Of a stretch of 64,000 nucleotides of DNA, positions 39,773-49,999 are shown piece after piece; position 1 is the stretch's first letter, and the number at the start of each line of letters is the position of its first letter. The translations under genes and the position numbers were made by a program. Source of the DNA: Polyangiaceae bacterium (GTDB lineage Bacteria; Myxococcota_A; Polyangia; Polyangiales; Polyangiaceae). The notes below the pieces were generated by a model. It ran no database searches and was not told the DNA's origin. It was given only the letters and a program-made list of their open reading frames with translations. The DNA is taken from contig JANRKO010000076.1 in NCBI GenBank assembly GCA_033763455.1, positions 1-64,000 of the forward strand, given 5' to 3'.

Positions 39773-40585
39773 ATGAACAAATTCCAAGCCGCTGTTGCCC
39801 AGTTGACGTCTACGGAGGACGTGGAAGCCAACTTGCGAGCTTCAGGTCAGGCTATCGCCGAGGCCCGGGAGAGGGGCGCACAAGTTGTACTTCTCCCTGA
39901 GAACTTCGCTTTCATGGGGTCGGAAGCAACGCGAGCCCAGATCGCTGAAAGCGTGGGAGGCGGAGGTCGGATCCATGAGTTTCTTCGCGCTTCAGCGAAG
40001 CAACACCAGATCGCCATCGTTGCCGGCGGAATGCCCGAGCAGAGCGACGATGCGCGCCGGCCCTACAATGCGAGTGTTGTTTACGGCAGCGACGGATCCA
40101 TCCTGGCTCACTACAGGAAAGTGCATCTGTTCGACGTCGACTTGCCGGACGGCACCACGCTCTGCGAATCCGCTTCCACCAAGCCGGGCAGCTCCCCGGT
40201 GGTCTGCCAACTCGGCGAAGTGCGCTTGGGCGTTTCTATCTGTTATGACCTGCGCTTCCCTGAGCTCTACCGACTCTTGGTGGGTCAAGGTGCCACGGTC
40301 CTTGCGGTAACGGCCGCCTTTACGTTGCACACGGGGAGAGACCATTGGGAAGTTCTGCTCCGCGCGCGCGCCATTGAGTCGCAGTGTTGGGTATTGGCAG
40401 CGGCACAGTGGGGGCGTCATTCACCGACGCGAACGACGTACGGGCGCTCCATGATCGTGGATCCTTGGGGTACGGTGGTGGCGCAGGCTTCAGACGGCAA
40501 CGGGGTGGTTGTGGCGGATGTCGATCTAGAGCACCAGGCCCGCATTCGCTCAGCGCTCCCGTGCTTGTTGCATCGGCGACTGTAA
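39773..40585 (+). CDS. Carbon-nitrogen hydrolase (Nit1/deaminated glutathione amidase-like)
   Basis: LPENF, YRKVHLFD, ICYDLRFPE, HWEVLLRARAIE, IVDPWG. Confidence 0.92.
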   Translation: MNKFQAAVAQLTSTEDVEANLRASGQAIAEARERGAQVVLLPENFAFMGSEATRAQIAESVGGGGRIHEFLRASAKQHQIAIVAGGMPEQSDDARRPYNASVVYGSDGSILAHYRKVHLFDVDLPDGTTLCESASTKPGSSPVVCQLGEVRLGVSICYDLRFPELYRLLVGQGATVLAVTAAFTLHTGRDHWEVLLRARAIESQCWVLAAAQWGRHSPTRTTYGRSMIVDPWGTVVAQASDGNGVVVADVDLEHQARIRSALPCLLHRRL

Positions 40586-40734
40586 TTCCGCTCAGGTGAG
40601 CCTACATCCGACACATCATTGGTCATTTTTGCAAACACGCTCAATCCCAAGCCTTCCTTGCCGTTGGCTAGTTGGCAGCATTTCGGAGGGGTGGGGAATT
40701 GAAAGATCGTGTGCCAGGCAGTATCCGAGAAAGT

Positions 40735-42009
40735 ATGGCTACAAGTACGCTTTGCCTAGGTAAACGTCGCAGCCGCCTGGCGCTCCTCGCTGGGCTGAGC
40801 TTCGCGGCGTGCGCCCAGATCGAGCGTGATGGCCCGCGTATCGCTGAGGTTCAGCCTGGAGTGGTTCCGCTGGGCGTTACCAGCGCCCTGGCGATCCACG
40901 GCGTAAACTTCTATGCGCGTCCAGAGGTCAGGCTCTCCAGTCAGGATGCCGTGAAGATCCATTGGGATTTTCAGGTGTTCATTGATCGAGCTCCCCTCGC
41001 TCCCGGCATGGTCAAAGTTGAAAGCTCCCGCATTATCCGCGTTCAGAGCCCTGCCAACTTGGCGCTCGGGCCTCATGCGGTCACCGTGAAGACGCCTGAG
41101 GGGCTCTCGGACACGCTCGAGAACGCGTTCGTGGTGGCCGTGCCCGACACGGACACTGGCGCGGGAGGAAGCGGGGCGACCGGAGGAGCTCCGTCGACCC
41201 AGGCCGGGGGCAATGGCACAGGCTCCGCGCAGAACGTAGAACCTGCGCCAACGCTCGCGAGTGGCGGCAGCACCAACCTGAGCTCCGGCGGGAGCCCAGC
41301 GAACACGGGCCTTGGTACGGGAGGCGCCTTGGTCGGTGCAGGTGGTAGCGCGCTCGGGAGTGCTGGTGGCGCTGGTGCTACCGGGGGCAGCGGAACCGGA
41401 GGCTCCCCGGGCTTGGTAAACGGCTGCAACGAATTGGACCCGGTGACTGGCAAATGCATTCACACATGCGCCATCAAGCCAGGAGGCGCGATAGACTATT
41501 GCACACGGCACTTTTTCGCCAAGACCGCCGATTGTGTCTACTCCGTGAACCCCAATCCTGATACCTGCGCGGCGGAGGCGGGGCCCGGAGAGATCGCGGT
41601 GGGTCTCGACCGACCAAGTGTCGGCTCGAATGCGCACGCATATTACTACTTCGAATTAGACAAGGCTCTCTACCCCGGTGCGATTGTCGATGCGGTCTAT
41701 CTGGTCGCGCGCTCGACCAAAAACGCTGTTGCCGGGTCTGACGCCACCGGCACCGTGTGGTTCAGCGAACGTTTTCAGCGCTCAGATCTTTTTTCTAAAC
41801 TTCCCCTGCAAATCGGAAGCGCTCCCATCGCTCAGGATTCAGGTTTGATACGGGTCGACGAGGATGTTTACTGGCCGCTGCCTCGTGCAGCGTTCACGTT
41901 CCCGAGCCAGGTGTTCATGACCGTCGTGCCCACGAGTGCCGATGCGGTGCACTACTTTGGTATGCAGGAGCCCAGCGCGCAGGCCTACATTCAGGTGGAT
42001 TACCACTGA
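40735..42009 (+). CDS. Exported lipoprotein: IPT/TIG-like domain, Gly-rich linker, C-terminal beta-domain
   Basis: Lipobox FAAC; GPHAVTVKTPEG..LENAF Ig-like motif; GTGG/GAGG linker; Cys cluster. Confidence 0.6.
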   Translation: MATSTLCLGKRRSRLALLAGLSFAACAQIERDGPRIAEVQPGVVPLGVTSALAIHGVNFYARPEVRLSSQDAVKIHWDFQVFIDRAPLAPGMVKVESSRIIRVQSPANLALGPHAVTVKTPEGLSDTLENAFVVAVPDTDTGAGGSGATGGAPSTQAGGNGTGSAQNVEPAPTLASGGSTNLSSGGSPANTGLGTGGALVGAGGSALGSAGGAGATGGSGTGGSPGLVNGCNELDPVTGKCIHTCAIKPGGAIDYCTRHFFAKTADCVYSVNPNPDTCAAEAGPGEIAVGLDRPSVGSNAHAYYYFELDKALYPGAIVDAVYLVARSTKNAVAGSDATGTVWFSERFQRSDLFSKLPLQIGSAPIAQDSGLIRVDEDVYWPLPRAAFTFPSQVFMTVVPTSADAVHYFGMQEPSAQAYIQVDYH

Positions 42010-42016
42010 GCGTGAG

Positions 42017-44215
42017 TTACTGAACCTGAGCGCTCTGCACAGAGTAGATTTGGCCAAGCCCGGTGATGTCGTTCACCCACGTCAATGCCCCGCTCACGGG
42101 ATCGATCGACCAGGTGCTGAGCCGACCATTCAAATCGCCGACGTGGAGATGGCTGCCGCTCGGAGAAAGCGCGAACACCCGTGCTTGAGCATTGAGTACA
42201 GCGCGACTACCCCAAACCAAGCTGTGATCGGCGTTCACACGAAATGTAACGATGTCCTGGTTGTAGCGGTTGATGGCGAAAACGAATTTGCCGTTTTGCG
42301 AAACATGCAAATCTGAGCTGTGAGCCCAAGATCCACCGCTGACGGCGGCGATGACCTGCCGTGCGGGGGTGATCAGAGTACCCGTCGTCTGATTGATATC
42401 GAAGACGTACACCTGACTGCTTGATTGAGTAAGGACGTAGAGCGCAGATCCGTCGGGGTGGAAGTCCATGAATCGTGGGCCGCCGCTCACGCTCACTTGG
42501 GGAACTACCTGGGGAGTGAGAATGCCGCTGGTGCCATCGAACGCGAACTGCTTAACCAGCCCTGCGTCGAGCGCCGTTACAAATGCCCAGCGATTGTTGG
42601 GATGAATCACCGTTTGGTGCGTACCCGCGCCAGGTTGGTAGACGGTAGAGGCGCCGAGCACGCCGTTGATAAACGGGACGCCCGAAAGCTTGCCTGCGGA
42701 GTAATGGGTGGTGAATACGTGGCGGCCCGTGGGGCTAATCGCCACGTGGCTTGCGGGCCCCGCGGTGGCCGCCATGCTGCCCAAGCTCAATGTTCCAGCG
42801 AGCGGGTTGAAGTTGTACTCGCGCAACTCATTGCCCCAATACCCACCGAATAACGTGAGGCCATCAGAGGCTACCGCGGCCCACCCGAGGCCATTCGGTG
42901 TGGCCAAAGTGGTCACCCAAGTGAGCTGCCCGGTGCCTTCGTTGACTGAATAGATTCTAATGTTGCCGTCGTAGCTCCCGACGTAGAGGTACGTAACGCG
43001 CGAGGTTGTGCACTCCAAACCGTCCGCCCACTGTCCCTCGGAGCAGACTTGCTTCAGACTTCCCTCGTTGTTGCTGCCACACGGGGTGGTCCCTCGTTGC
43101 GTTGAGCCATTCGTGCACACGTCAGGGTCGGTGCAAGTGGCTCCGTCTACCCACTCACCTGCGGCACAAACGCGCACCAAGGTACCGTTTTGGTTCAAAC
43201 CACAGGCGGTCGAACCGCTTTGCGAGCTGCCGTTCACGCAAACGTCAGTGTCCACGCACTGCGAGCTGTCCACCCACTGTCCGCTAGAGCAGATTTGTTG
43301 AAATCCGCCTGCGAGGTTGATTCCACACTTCGTCGAACCCACGCGGTTGGTGCCGTTCTCGCAGACGTCTGGATCGGCACAGGATGCCGCAAGCGCCCAC
43401 TGGCCGGCCACGCAACTATCGAGCTTGGTGCCGTTGTTGTTGAGCCCGCAGGTGCCGCTGCCGGGGCGGCTGCTGCCGTTCACGCAAGCATCCGGATCGG
43501 TGCAAATACCGTTCGAAACCCACTGCCCTGCGGTGCACGTCTCGCCGAGCGTGCCGTTGTTGTTGAGGCCGCAGGCGGCTCCTGTGCGCGTGGCGCCTTC
43601 GACGCAGGTGCTAGCGACTGCGCCCAACTGGAAATCATCAAGGTAGTAAGTTCCGGGCGCTGCAGCCGTCCATGTGATCGTGAACTTCAGATCGCTGAAA
43701 GGTTTGGCGAGCGCGTTGGACACCGTGGCGGGCACCTGAAACGACGCCCGTTGATACACATCACGCGGCCAGCTGCTGAGATCCTTCTGACCGAGGGTGA
43801 CCGACCAAAGGTTCAAGGTCGGTGAGTTCACCTGAAGCTTCAGCGTTCCGGCGGGATTCGCCATAGCGGGAGCCTTGAAGAGAAAACTGACTTCACTCGG
43901 TGTGCCAATGCGATTGTCCACCTTGACGTGAGTGACGCCAGCGGACGCGTAGTTCATGACGACTTTAAGCGCCTTGGTGCCCTGCGCGGCTTCCGAAGAC
44001 GCTGAGAGCTGGGACCAGTACCAAGTGGCCGCCCAATCGGAGGTGGGGTTCTCAAAACCCATGATCCTATCCACTTCGGCTTGCGTGAGGGCCGCAGACA
44101 ACGTGCTCGTGTCTTCTGTGTCCCCCACCGACCCACCGCTACAACCAGCGGCGCCGAGCAACAAAGCCGCCAACCATGCACCCGCCCTGCACATTCCGAA
44201 GCCAGACTGTTTCAT
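42017..44215 (-). CDS. Lipoprotein with five Cys-rich repeats and C-terminal lactonase (Pgl/YbhE-type) beta-propeller
   Basis: Lipobox AAGC; YLYVGSY, GPRFMDFHPDG, SSDLHVSQNGKFVFAINR; repeats CxNGxxxxGxxxCGxNxxGxxxxxCxxGQW. Confidence 0.8.
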   Translation of the reverse strand: MKQSGFGMCRAGAWLAALLLGAAGCSGGSVGDTEDTSTLSAALTQAEVDRIMGFENPTSDWAATWYWSQLSASSEAAQGTKALKVVMNYASAGVTHVKVDNRIGTPSEVSFLFKAPAMANPAGTLKLQVNSPTLNLWSVTLGQKDLSSWPRDVYQRASFQVPATVSNALAKPFSDLKFTITWTAAAPGTYYLDDFQLGAVASTCVEGATRTGAACGLNNNGTLGETCTAGQWVSNGICTDPDACVNGSSRPGSGTCGLNNNGTKLDSCVAGQWALAASCADPDVCENGTNRVGSTKCGINLAGGFQQICSSGQWVDSSQCVDTDVCVNGSSQSGSTACGLNQNGTLVRVCAAGEWVDGATCTDPDVCTNGSTQRGTTPCGSNNEGSLKQVCSEGQWADGLECTTSRVTYLYVGSYDGNIRIYSVNEGTGQLTWVTTLATPNGLGWAAVASDGLTLFGGYWGNELREYNFNPLAGTLSLGSMAATAGPASHVAISPTGRHVFTTHYSAGKLSGVPFINGVLGASTVYQPGAGTHQTVIHPNNRWAFVTALDAGLVKQFAFDGTSGILTPQVVPQVSVSGGPRFMDFHPDGSALYVLTQSSSQVYVFDINQTTGTLITPARQVIAAVSGGSWAHSSDLHVSQNGKFVFAINRYNQDIVTFRVNADHSLVWGSRAVLNAQARVFALSPSGSHLHVGDLNGRLSTWSIDPVSGALTWVNDITGLGQIYSVQSAQVQ

Positions 44216-44397
44216 AGATCCTCTACACGTACATTGGGACCGGCCAGCGACTCAATAGTTAATTGTATGCAGGGCGCATCCAATCTCTCCCGCTCCGGCC
44301 GGACGGGCATGGCCGGGCTTGTTCCAATGTGAGAATCAGGCTAGCCTTTGGCGATTTTTTACAGATGGGCGTGGGGTTTAGAAAGCGAGAATTCCGA

Positions 44398-45198
44398 ATG
44401 AAAAAGGCACTTTCATGGAGGGCAGCTCTGCTTGCCACGATGGCCGTTACGGGCGCAGGTTTCGGTGCGGCGGCGTGCTCTAGTGACTCAGACTCGGCAG
44501 CCGGCGCTTCTGGGGCCGGCCTGGGCGGTGCCTCAGCAAGCTCCGGCGGAAGTAGCTCGAATGCCTCTTCCGGTGGGACTGCCCAGAATCCCTCTTCCGG
44601 CGGGGCTACCCAAAATCCTTCTTCCGGCGGAGCTAACCCCGCTGCTGCGGTTGGCGGAGTTAGCTCCTCCGCAGCCGGGGGAACAGCGTCGGCAGCAGGC
44701 GGCGCGACCAGCAACGGAACGGCTCCCGCCAAGTTCGCTCTCTGTGCCGCGTGTCACGGCGCAACCGGGGAGGGTACGGCGCTGGCACCCGAGGCCCTCC
44801 ACCCCGATGCGGCGTACGCGGAGTGGCTCGTGCGCAACGGAATGCCAGCGCGCAACGGCTGGATGGCCATGCTTGCGATGGACGAGAGCGTAATTACAGG
44901 TCCGGAGCTTCAGGAGATCATCGCGTTTCTCAACGCCCCGCCCCGCCCAACCGAAGGCAAAGCCATGTATGAGGACTACTGCATTCATTGCCACGGCAGC
45001 AAAGCCGAGGCGGGAGGCGGTGGCTTGAGCGACGCATACATCAAGGGCTTGGACGCCGGTCTCTTCCTGGAGGGCGTGCGTAAGGGTGACGTGACGGGAA
45101 CGCCGGCGACTCGAAACGTGTATATGCCCCCGTTCCCTAGCAACTTGATCTCGGATGCGGATGTAGAAAAGATCCGCGTGTACACACAGGGCCTTTGA
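44398..45198 (+). CDS. Di-haem c-type cytochrome lipoprotein
   Basis: Lipobox AAAC; Ser/Gly linker; CAACH and CIHCH, each followed by a candidate distal Met. Confidence 0.85.
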   Translation: MKKALSWRAALLATMAVTGAGFGAAACSSDSDSAAGASGAGLGGASASSGGSSSNASSGGTAQNPSSGGATQNPSSGGANPAAAVGGVSSSAAGGTASAAGGATSNGTAPAKFALCAACHGATGEGTALAPEALHPDAAYAEWLVRNGMPARNGWMAMLAMDESVITGPELQEIIAFLNAPPRPTEGKAMYEDYCIHCHGSKAEAGGGGLSDAYIKGLDAGLFLEGVRKGDVTGTPATRNVYMPPFPSNLISDADVEKIRVYTQGL

Positions 45199-46145
45199 GC
45201 TGCGTGGGGAGCTTCCACGTTAACGCTAAAGCCGCGTTGAGGTTGGGTTGGGTGCTGGCCCTACTTCTAGGGCCTGCATGCCGTCCGGACTCGCAGCAGA
45301 CCTTGCCCGTAGCGCCCGCGTCGGCTTCAGCCGTTGCTCCTGGTGTGCGCGTGGCGAATACGGCGAATACGGCGAATACGGCACCCGCTCGATCGCCCTC
45401 CCCAGCACCTGGGCCAGTGCGGCGCCCAACTCAAAAACCTCCGAAGCGCGTTCTCTTTGTGGGTAACAGCTTTGTGCACTCCGGACCCCTCCCGGAAGTG
45501 CTGGGGCTCCTGGTGAAGAGTGCACAGATTTCAGATGTTAGCCTGGAAATGAGTGCTGAAAGCGGTTGGTCCTTGGCTGATCACCGCAAGAGCCAAGCTA
45601 CTCTCGCCAGCCTCGACAAGCCCGGCTGGGACGTGGTGGTCTTGCAGGATCAGTCGACGCGCCCCACCGCCAAGATGGGTAAGCCGGAAGAATTTCGCGA
45701 CGATGCTTTGTGGCTCATCGAGCGCTTGCGCCAGAAGAGCCCAAAGGCGCGTGTGGTGCTGTTTCAGACCTGGGCTCAGCACCCGAGTGCTTGGGTCTAC
45801 CAAGAGCACTATAAGGATTTCGCGTCGATGACGGAGGATCTCCGGCGTGGCTATGTTGGCGTCGTGGAAGCTTACGTTCGCAAGTTTGGCACGGAAGAGC
45901 CGCAACTCGTACCGGCGCTAGCCCGCGTGGGCGACGCTTGGGAGCGTTATCTGGCGCAACCTGGGGCTTTGCGTCTTCATGGGCAGGACGGCGTCCATCC
46001 GAGTGATGCGGGTAAATACCTGAACGCCCTGGTATTTTTTCGAGTGCTCTATCAGCGCCCAACGGCCAAGCTAGTAGGCTGGACACTTCCGCAGGCAGAC
46101 GCTGCTGCATTACAGGCGCTTGCAGATAGCCTGCCTGACGAGTAG
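45195..46145 (+). CDS. SGNH-hydrolase-like lipoprotein (DUF4886-like)
   Basis: VLFVGNSF, WDVVVLQDQS, QTWA, DGVHPS. Confidence 0.78.
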   Translation: MSCVGSFHVNAKAALRLGWVLALLLGPACRPDSQQTLPVAPASASAVAPGVRVANTANTANTAPARSPSPAPGPVRRPTQKPPKRVLFVGNSFVHSGPLPEVLGLLVKSAQISDVSLEMSAESGWSLADHRKSQATLASLDKPGWDVVVLQDQSTRPTAKMGKPEEFRDDALWLIERLRQKSPKARVVLFQTWAQHPSAWVYQEHYKDFASMTEDLRRGYVGVVEAYVRKFGTEEPQLVPALARVGDAWERYLAQPGALRLHGQDGVHPSDAGKYLNALVFFRVLYQRPTAKLVGWTLPQADAAALQALADSLPDE

Positions 46146-46173
46146 CAACGTATCGCCTGCAGTCGCACACGCC

Positions 46174-47706
46174 CTAGGCGTTCTCTTTACGCGCACGCTT
46201 ACTGAGTGCTCCGCGCGCCAGGCGTATCAATTCGGAAGCGTGGTTCCGGGCGACCCAAAAAGCCGTTGCCACGTACGCAGCGGCGCCGGCACCAATTTCC
46301 AAACCGAGCCTTAACAAGGCGTTCAGATCAGAAGGCACGAGGTAACGCACGCCCCACACGGCAGCGGCAAGCGGGACGCACGCCAAGAGCGGACGGAGCA
46401 TCGGGCCGATCAGGTCCGTGGGCGAGATGTTGTCGGCGCGTCGGACCAACAGGGAAGCCGCTAGGGCATGCGCGCCAAAAGCCAAACCCACCGCGGCACA
46501 CGCGGCGAGCTCACCCATGGGTGAAAGCAATGCAATGAAACCCACGATGCCCAGCGCCTTGATGGCTTGGAGTGCGAAGATCTGCCCTGTTCGAGCGCCC
46601 GCGAGAAGGTACGAAGAAAGCAGCCAACCCAATGGGCGGACCACGGATAGAACCGAGAGCACCATCAACAGGGGAGCTATTCCCTGCCACTTGGCATCAA
46701 ACAGAGTCTCTACGAGCGTGGCCGCCACAGCCCCCAGCCCTACGGCTAGCGGAAACACCAAAAGGGCCAGCAGGCCCCCTGCGCGAACGAGACCACGCTT
46801 ACGCTCCTCAGGATCGGTCATGCGAGAGAACGATGGCAACAACACGTCGCCGATGTGCTCCCCGACTTGAGCGGCCGGAACGTCCGCGAGGTTGTAGGCC
46901 AAGCTATAACGCCCAGCTGCGTCCGTCCCAAAAAGGGCTGCGAACATCAGATTGTCCCAGCGCCGTGAGCCGATATCTAGGACCGCTGAGCCACCGAAGG
47001 GAAGGCCGAATCGCAACAGCTTCTTCACTTCCTCGAGCCGAAGCCGGACGGGAGTTAACCAGTCAGCAAAATTGACTGAAAAGGTTACGATCGCAGCAAC
47101 TAGAATGTCCCGCCCGAGCGCTGCTACCACCAGGCTCATCGCCCCAAACTGATTGAAGGCCAGCAGTAGGGCTGAGGCAGCATAGGTGAATTCCCCTGCC
47201 ACTTGGCTCAGGCCAATAACCCTGAACCTCATGTCTCGAACCAACAGGCGCGTGGGGATCCCCCCGATTCTTTGGCAGGCGATCCCTGCGGCGAACCAGG
47301 GGATGTACTCGGTAACGCCAGGCTCTCCGAACCAAGCGCCCAACGGTGCGGCCAGCGCGCACGCGCACGCGACGGCCAAGGCCGCCGCACTCAAGTAGAT
47401 AACGCTCGCGTGGAAAGCGACGTCTCGCCCGGCCTTGGGGAAAGCCACCAGATAGTGGCCGACGCCAAGTGTGGAAACGCTGTTGACGGTCAGCAAGATG
47501 ACCGACGCCACCGAAACGGCGCCGAACGCCGAGGGCTCGATGAAGCGGGTAAGGACCAGCGTACTTGCTAGGCCAACTGCCCGGGATCCGATGCTACTCG
47601 TGATGGTCCACATAGCACCGAGAGCCGCCTTGTAGCCGAGTGACACGAGTTGCAGTCCTAACGCATAGGCGCGCAGAGAGCTATACGCCAGCGCGGGTGG
47701 TACCAT
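46174..47706 (-). CDS. Wzx-type polysaccharide flippase (start uncertain)
   Basis: LTRFIEPSAFG, RDMRFR, FG..W++WLA, LLRFGLP, AGRYSLAYNL; many TM segments. Confidence 0.88.
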   Translation of the reverse strand: MVPPALAYSSLRAYALGLQLVSLGYKAALGAMWTITSSIGSRAVGLASTLVLTRFIEPSAFGAVSVASVILLTVNSVSTLGVGHYLVAFPKAGRDVAFHASVIYLSAAALAVACACALAAPLGAWFGEPGVTEYIPWFAAGIACQRIGGIPTRLLVRDMRFRVIGLSQVAGEFTYAASALLLAFNQFGAMSLVVAALGRDILVAAIVTFSVNFADWLTPVRLRLEEVKKLLRFGLPFGGSAVLDIGSRRWDNLMFAALFGTDAAGRYSLAYNLADVPAAQVGEHIGDVLLPSFSRMTDPEERKRGLVRAGGLLALLVFPLAVGLGAVAATLVETLFDAKWQGIAPLLMVLSVLSVVRPLGWLLSSYLLAGARTGQIFALQAIKALGIVGFIALLSPMGELAACAAVGLAFGAHALAASLLVRRADNISPTDLIGPMLRPLLACVPLAAAVWGVRYLVPSDLNALLRLGLEIGAGAAAYVATAFWVARNHASELIRLARGALSKRARKENA

Positions 47707-47980
47707 TCACGACGGTCGCTGAAAAGGCGCGCGGCGCAGCTCACACCTTAAATAGGACGACAGCTCCTCCCCTGATCCGGCGGTAAGGCGCGGCACTGGT
47801 GTGTAAGTGATCAAAAGAGCTCCATAGTTATTGAAAGAGGTCGTCACCTTATTGGTTGGATGCCCACCCCGGATTAGGGTCCACACAGACCGATTGCTCT
47901 TGAAGGAAGGACCCGCTATTTACCGAAGGCGGCTGTCCCTCGCGCAGAGTGCGACCAAGCGGCAACAAGGAAGGCATAAC

Positions 47981-48922
47981 GTGCGAATATTGGTAACCGG
48001 TGGGGCAGGTTTTATTGGGAGCCACGTTGCTGAGCAGGCGAAGGAGGCTGGCCACGAGGTTGCAGTGCTCGACAATCTCTCGACAGGGAAACGCGCGAAT
48101 GTCCCGGCGGGCGTCGAGCTTCTGGAGGTCGATCTGCGCGATCGAGAGGCAACTCGAAACGCGGTGCTGAAATTCAAACCCCAGGCTGTCAGCCACCAAG
48201 CCGCTCAAGCCAGCGTAAGCGTGAGCGTGCGTGAACCCAAGCTCGATGCGGATGTCAACATCAGCGGCGGCTTGAACCTGCTTGACGCTTGCGCCGAGGC
48301 TGGCGTCGAGCGAGTGGTGTTTGCTAGTACTGGTGGCGCCATCTACGGGGAGGTGCCGGAAGGGTCCCGGGCCACGGAGCAAACGCAGCCTTCCCCCATC
48401 AGCCCCTATGCCATCAGCAAGCTAACGCTCGAGCATTACCTCGGGTTCTACGAAGCCTACCGCAAGATCCAGCGGGTGATCCTGCGGTACGCCAACGTTT
48501 ACGGGCCACGCCAAGATGCGCACGGGGAAGCCGGAGTGATTGCGATTTTTCTCGAACGTGCCTTGCACGGCGAAGCTCTTCAAGTGAACGCCATGCGAGA
48601 AGAGGGCGATGCGGGTTGCGTTCGCGACTATACCTACGTGACGGACGTTGCTCGCGCCAACGTATTGGGCTTGTTGGGTAAGCTCGAGGCCAATGTCATG
48701 AATATCGGCACCGGTGTGCCCACTACGACGCTTGAGCTCGCACGCGTAGCGTTTCAGGCTGCAGGTCGCACCTGTAAGGTCGTCCATGCCAGCAAACGCG
48801 CTGGCGATATTGAGCGATCTTTGCTCGACCCAACGTTGTGTCAGCGTGCACTCGGCGAGCTGGTCGGGCTCGGCGTTGGCTTGACTGCCACCGCGGAATG
48901 GTACCGAAGCCAGGCCGGGTGA
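47981..48922 (+). CDS. NAD-dependent epimerase/dehydratase (UDP-glucose 4-epimerase-like)
   Basis: ILVTGGAGFIGSH, STGGAIYG, YAISK, LRYANVYGPRQ, RDYTYV; GTG start with RBS GGAAGG. Confidence 0.92.
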   Translation: MRILVTGGAGFIGSHVAEQAKEAGHEVAVLDNLSTGKRANVPAGVELLEVDLRDREATRNAVLKFKPQAVSHQAAQASVSVSVREPKLDADVNISGGLNLLDACAEAGVERVVFASTGGAIYGEVPEGSRATEQTQPSPISPYAISKLTLEHYLGFYEAYRKIQRVILRYANVYGPRQDAHGEAGVIAIFLERALHGEALQVNAMREEGDAGCVRDYTYVTDVARANVLGLLGKLEANVMNIGTGVPTTTLELARVAFQAAGRTCKVVHASKRAGDIERSLLDPTLCQRALGELVGLGVGLTATAEWYRSQAG

Positions 48923-48943
48923 CGCCTGGCTAGCCTCATCGGC

Positions 48944-49975
48944 TTAGGTTCGTGATTCCACCAGCAACCGCTCGATAATCTGGATCACGGGCATCGGATA
49001 GAGCTCACGCCCGCGATCGTAGTGGTGGTGCATTCCGGGTGTTGTGTTCACCTCGTTGATAGCACCCCTCGTTTCAGCCAAGGGCAGCTCAATATCGGTC
49101 GTGATCACGTCCACGCCGAGCAGGCGTGAGCCGACCACCTGCGCCGCTTGCTCCACCTGCTTTACTAGGCTTGGATGGACATGGTTGACGGTGTAGTCGT
49201 AGACAGTTCTTAAGCTGGGGCCCACGCGTTCTGCGCTTGGGATACCCCTTGCCAGTACGGAACCTGGAGCAGGTACGCTCGAAAGATCGAGCTTTTGCGC
49301 ACGTAGCGTGAAGTCGCAGTTGGCATCTTTCGGTATGCCTGCTTGCTCCAGCAAGGTTTCGACGCGGGTATGTCCGTCGGCCCTTAATCGCAGCCCAGTG
49401 CGTCGTCGCGTGTGTACGAGCCGTCCGTCAAATACGAGTAAGCGAAAGCACTCACCGGGTATCATCTCTTCAATCATCAACTGCTGGCCGTGGATGGAGG
49501 CCAGTACCGCTGCCGGGCGTACCTGGGCGGGTTCGGTGACGTGCAGTGTGACGCCCTGCCCGCCATAGCCGTCTGCGGGCTTGATGACACAGCCGAGAGC
49601 GTGTTTTGCGAGAAAGGAGCGGGCCGCGTCCAACTGGTTCAGATCGAAGGCCAGGTGCGCCGGCACGGGGAGCCCTTCTGCCTGGAGCAGCCGATGCACG
49701 AGGGGCTTTCTTACCGCCAGTTCTAGGACCACCGGATGGTCGATCGGCAGTAGCTCTCCTACGAGCCGTAGGCGTTGTTGCCCACGCCTCAACTCCCAAA
49801 TATCGGGACCGAGCTCCAAAAACTCCGCGTGGACGGCCGTCGCGACAGCACGCCAAAGCGCACGGTACTCATCCACCCGGTCGTACACGTAACCTGTACC
49901 GCGCAAGTCGCGAATCTGTTTTTGAAGGCGGCGCGCGAGCCTTTCAGCCTGGAGAATGCGGCGCGTTTCGAACAT
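48944..49975 (-). CDS. ATP-grasp ligase, cyanophycin-synthetase/GshB-like subtype
   Basis: GLPVP, VIKPADGYGGQGV, IEEMIPG..FRLLV, LGVDVIT, INEVNTTPG. Confidence 0.82.
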   Translation of the reverse strand: MFETRRILQAERLARRLQKQIRDLRGTGYVYDRVDEYRALWRAVATAVHAEFLELGPDIWELRRGQQRLRLVGELLPIDHPVVLELAVRKPLVHRLLQAEGLPVPAHLAFDLNQLDAARSFLAKHALGCVIKPADGYGGQGVTLHVTEPAQVRPAAVLASIHGQQLMIEEMIPGECFRLLVFDGRLVHTRRRTGLRLRADGHTRVETLLEQAGIPKDANCDFTLRAQKLDLSSVPAPGSVLARGIPSAERVGPSLRTVYDYTVNHVHPSLVKQVEQAAQVVGSRLLGVDVITTDIELPLAETRGAINEVNTTPGMHHHYDRGRELYPMPVIQIIERLLVESRT

Positions 49976-49999
49976 CTCAGAGCTTTAACCCGCAGCGAA

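Noticed and set aside
45353..45382. GGCGAATAC x3 tandem repeat as phase-variation tract
   Set aside because: 9-bp unit keeps frame (ANT ANT ANT) in a flexible linker
48944..49975. True cyanophycin synthetase (cphA)
   Set aside because: Only 343 aa; lacks the Mur-ligase half and no cyanophycinase is nearby
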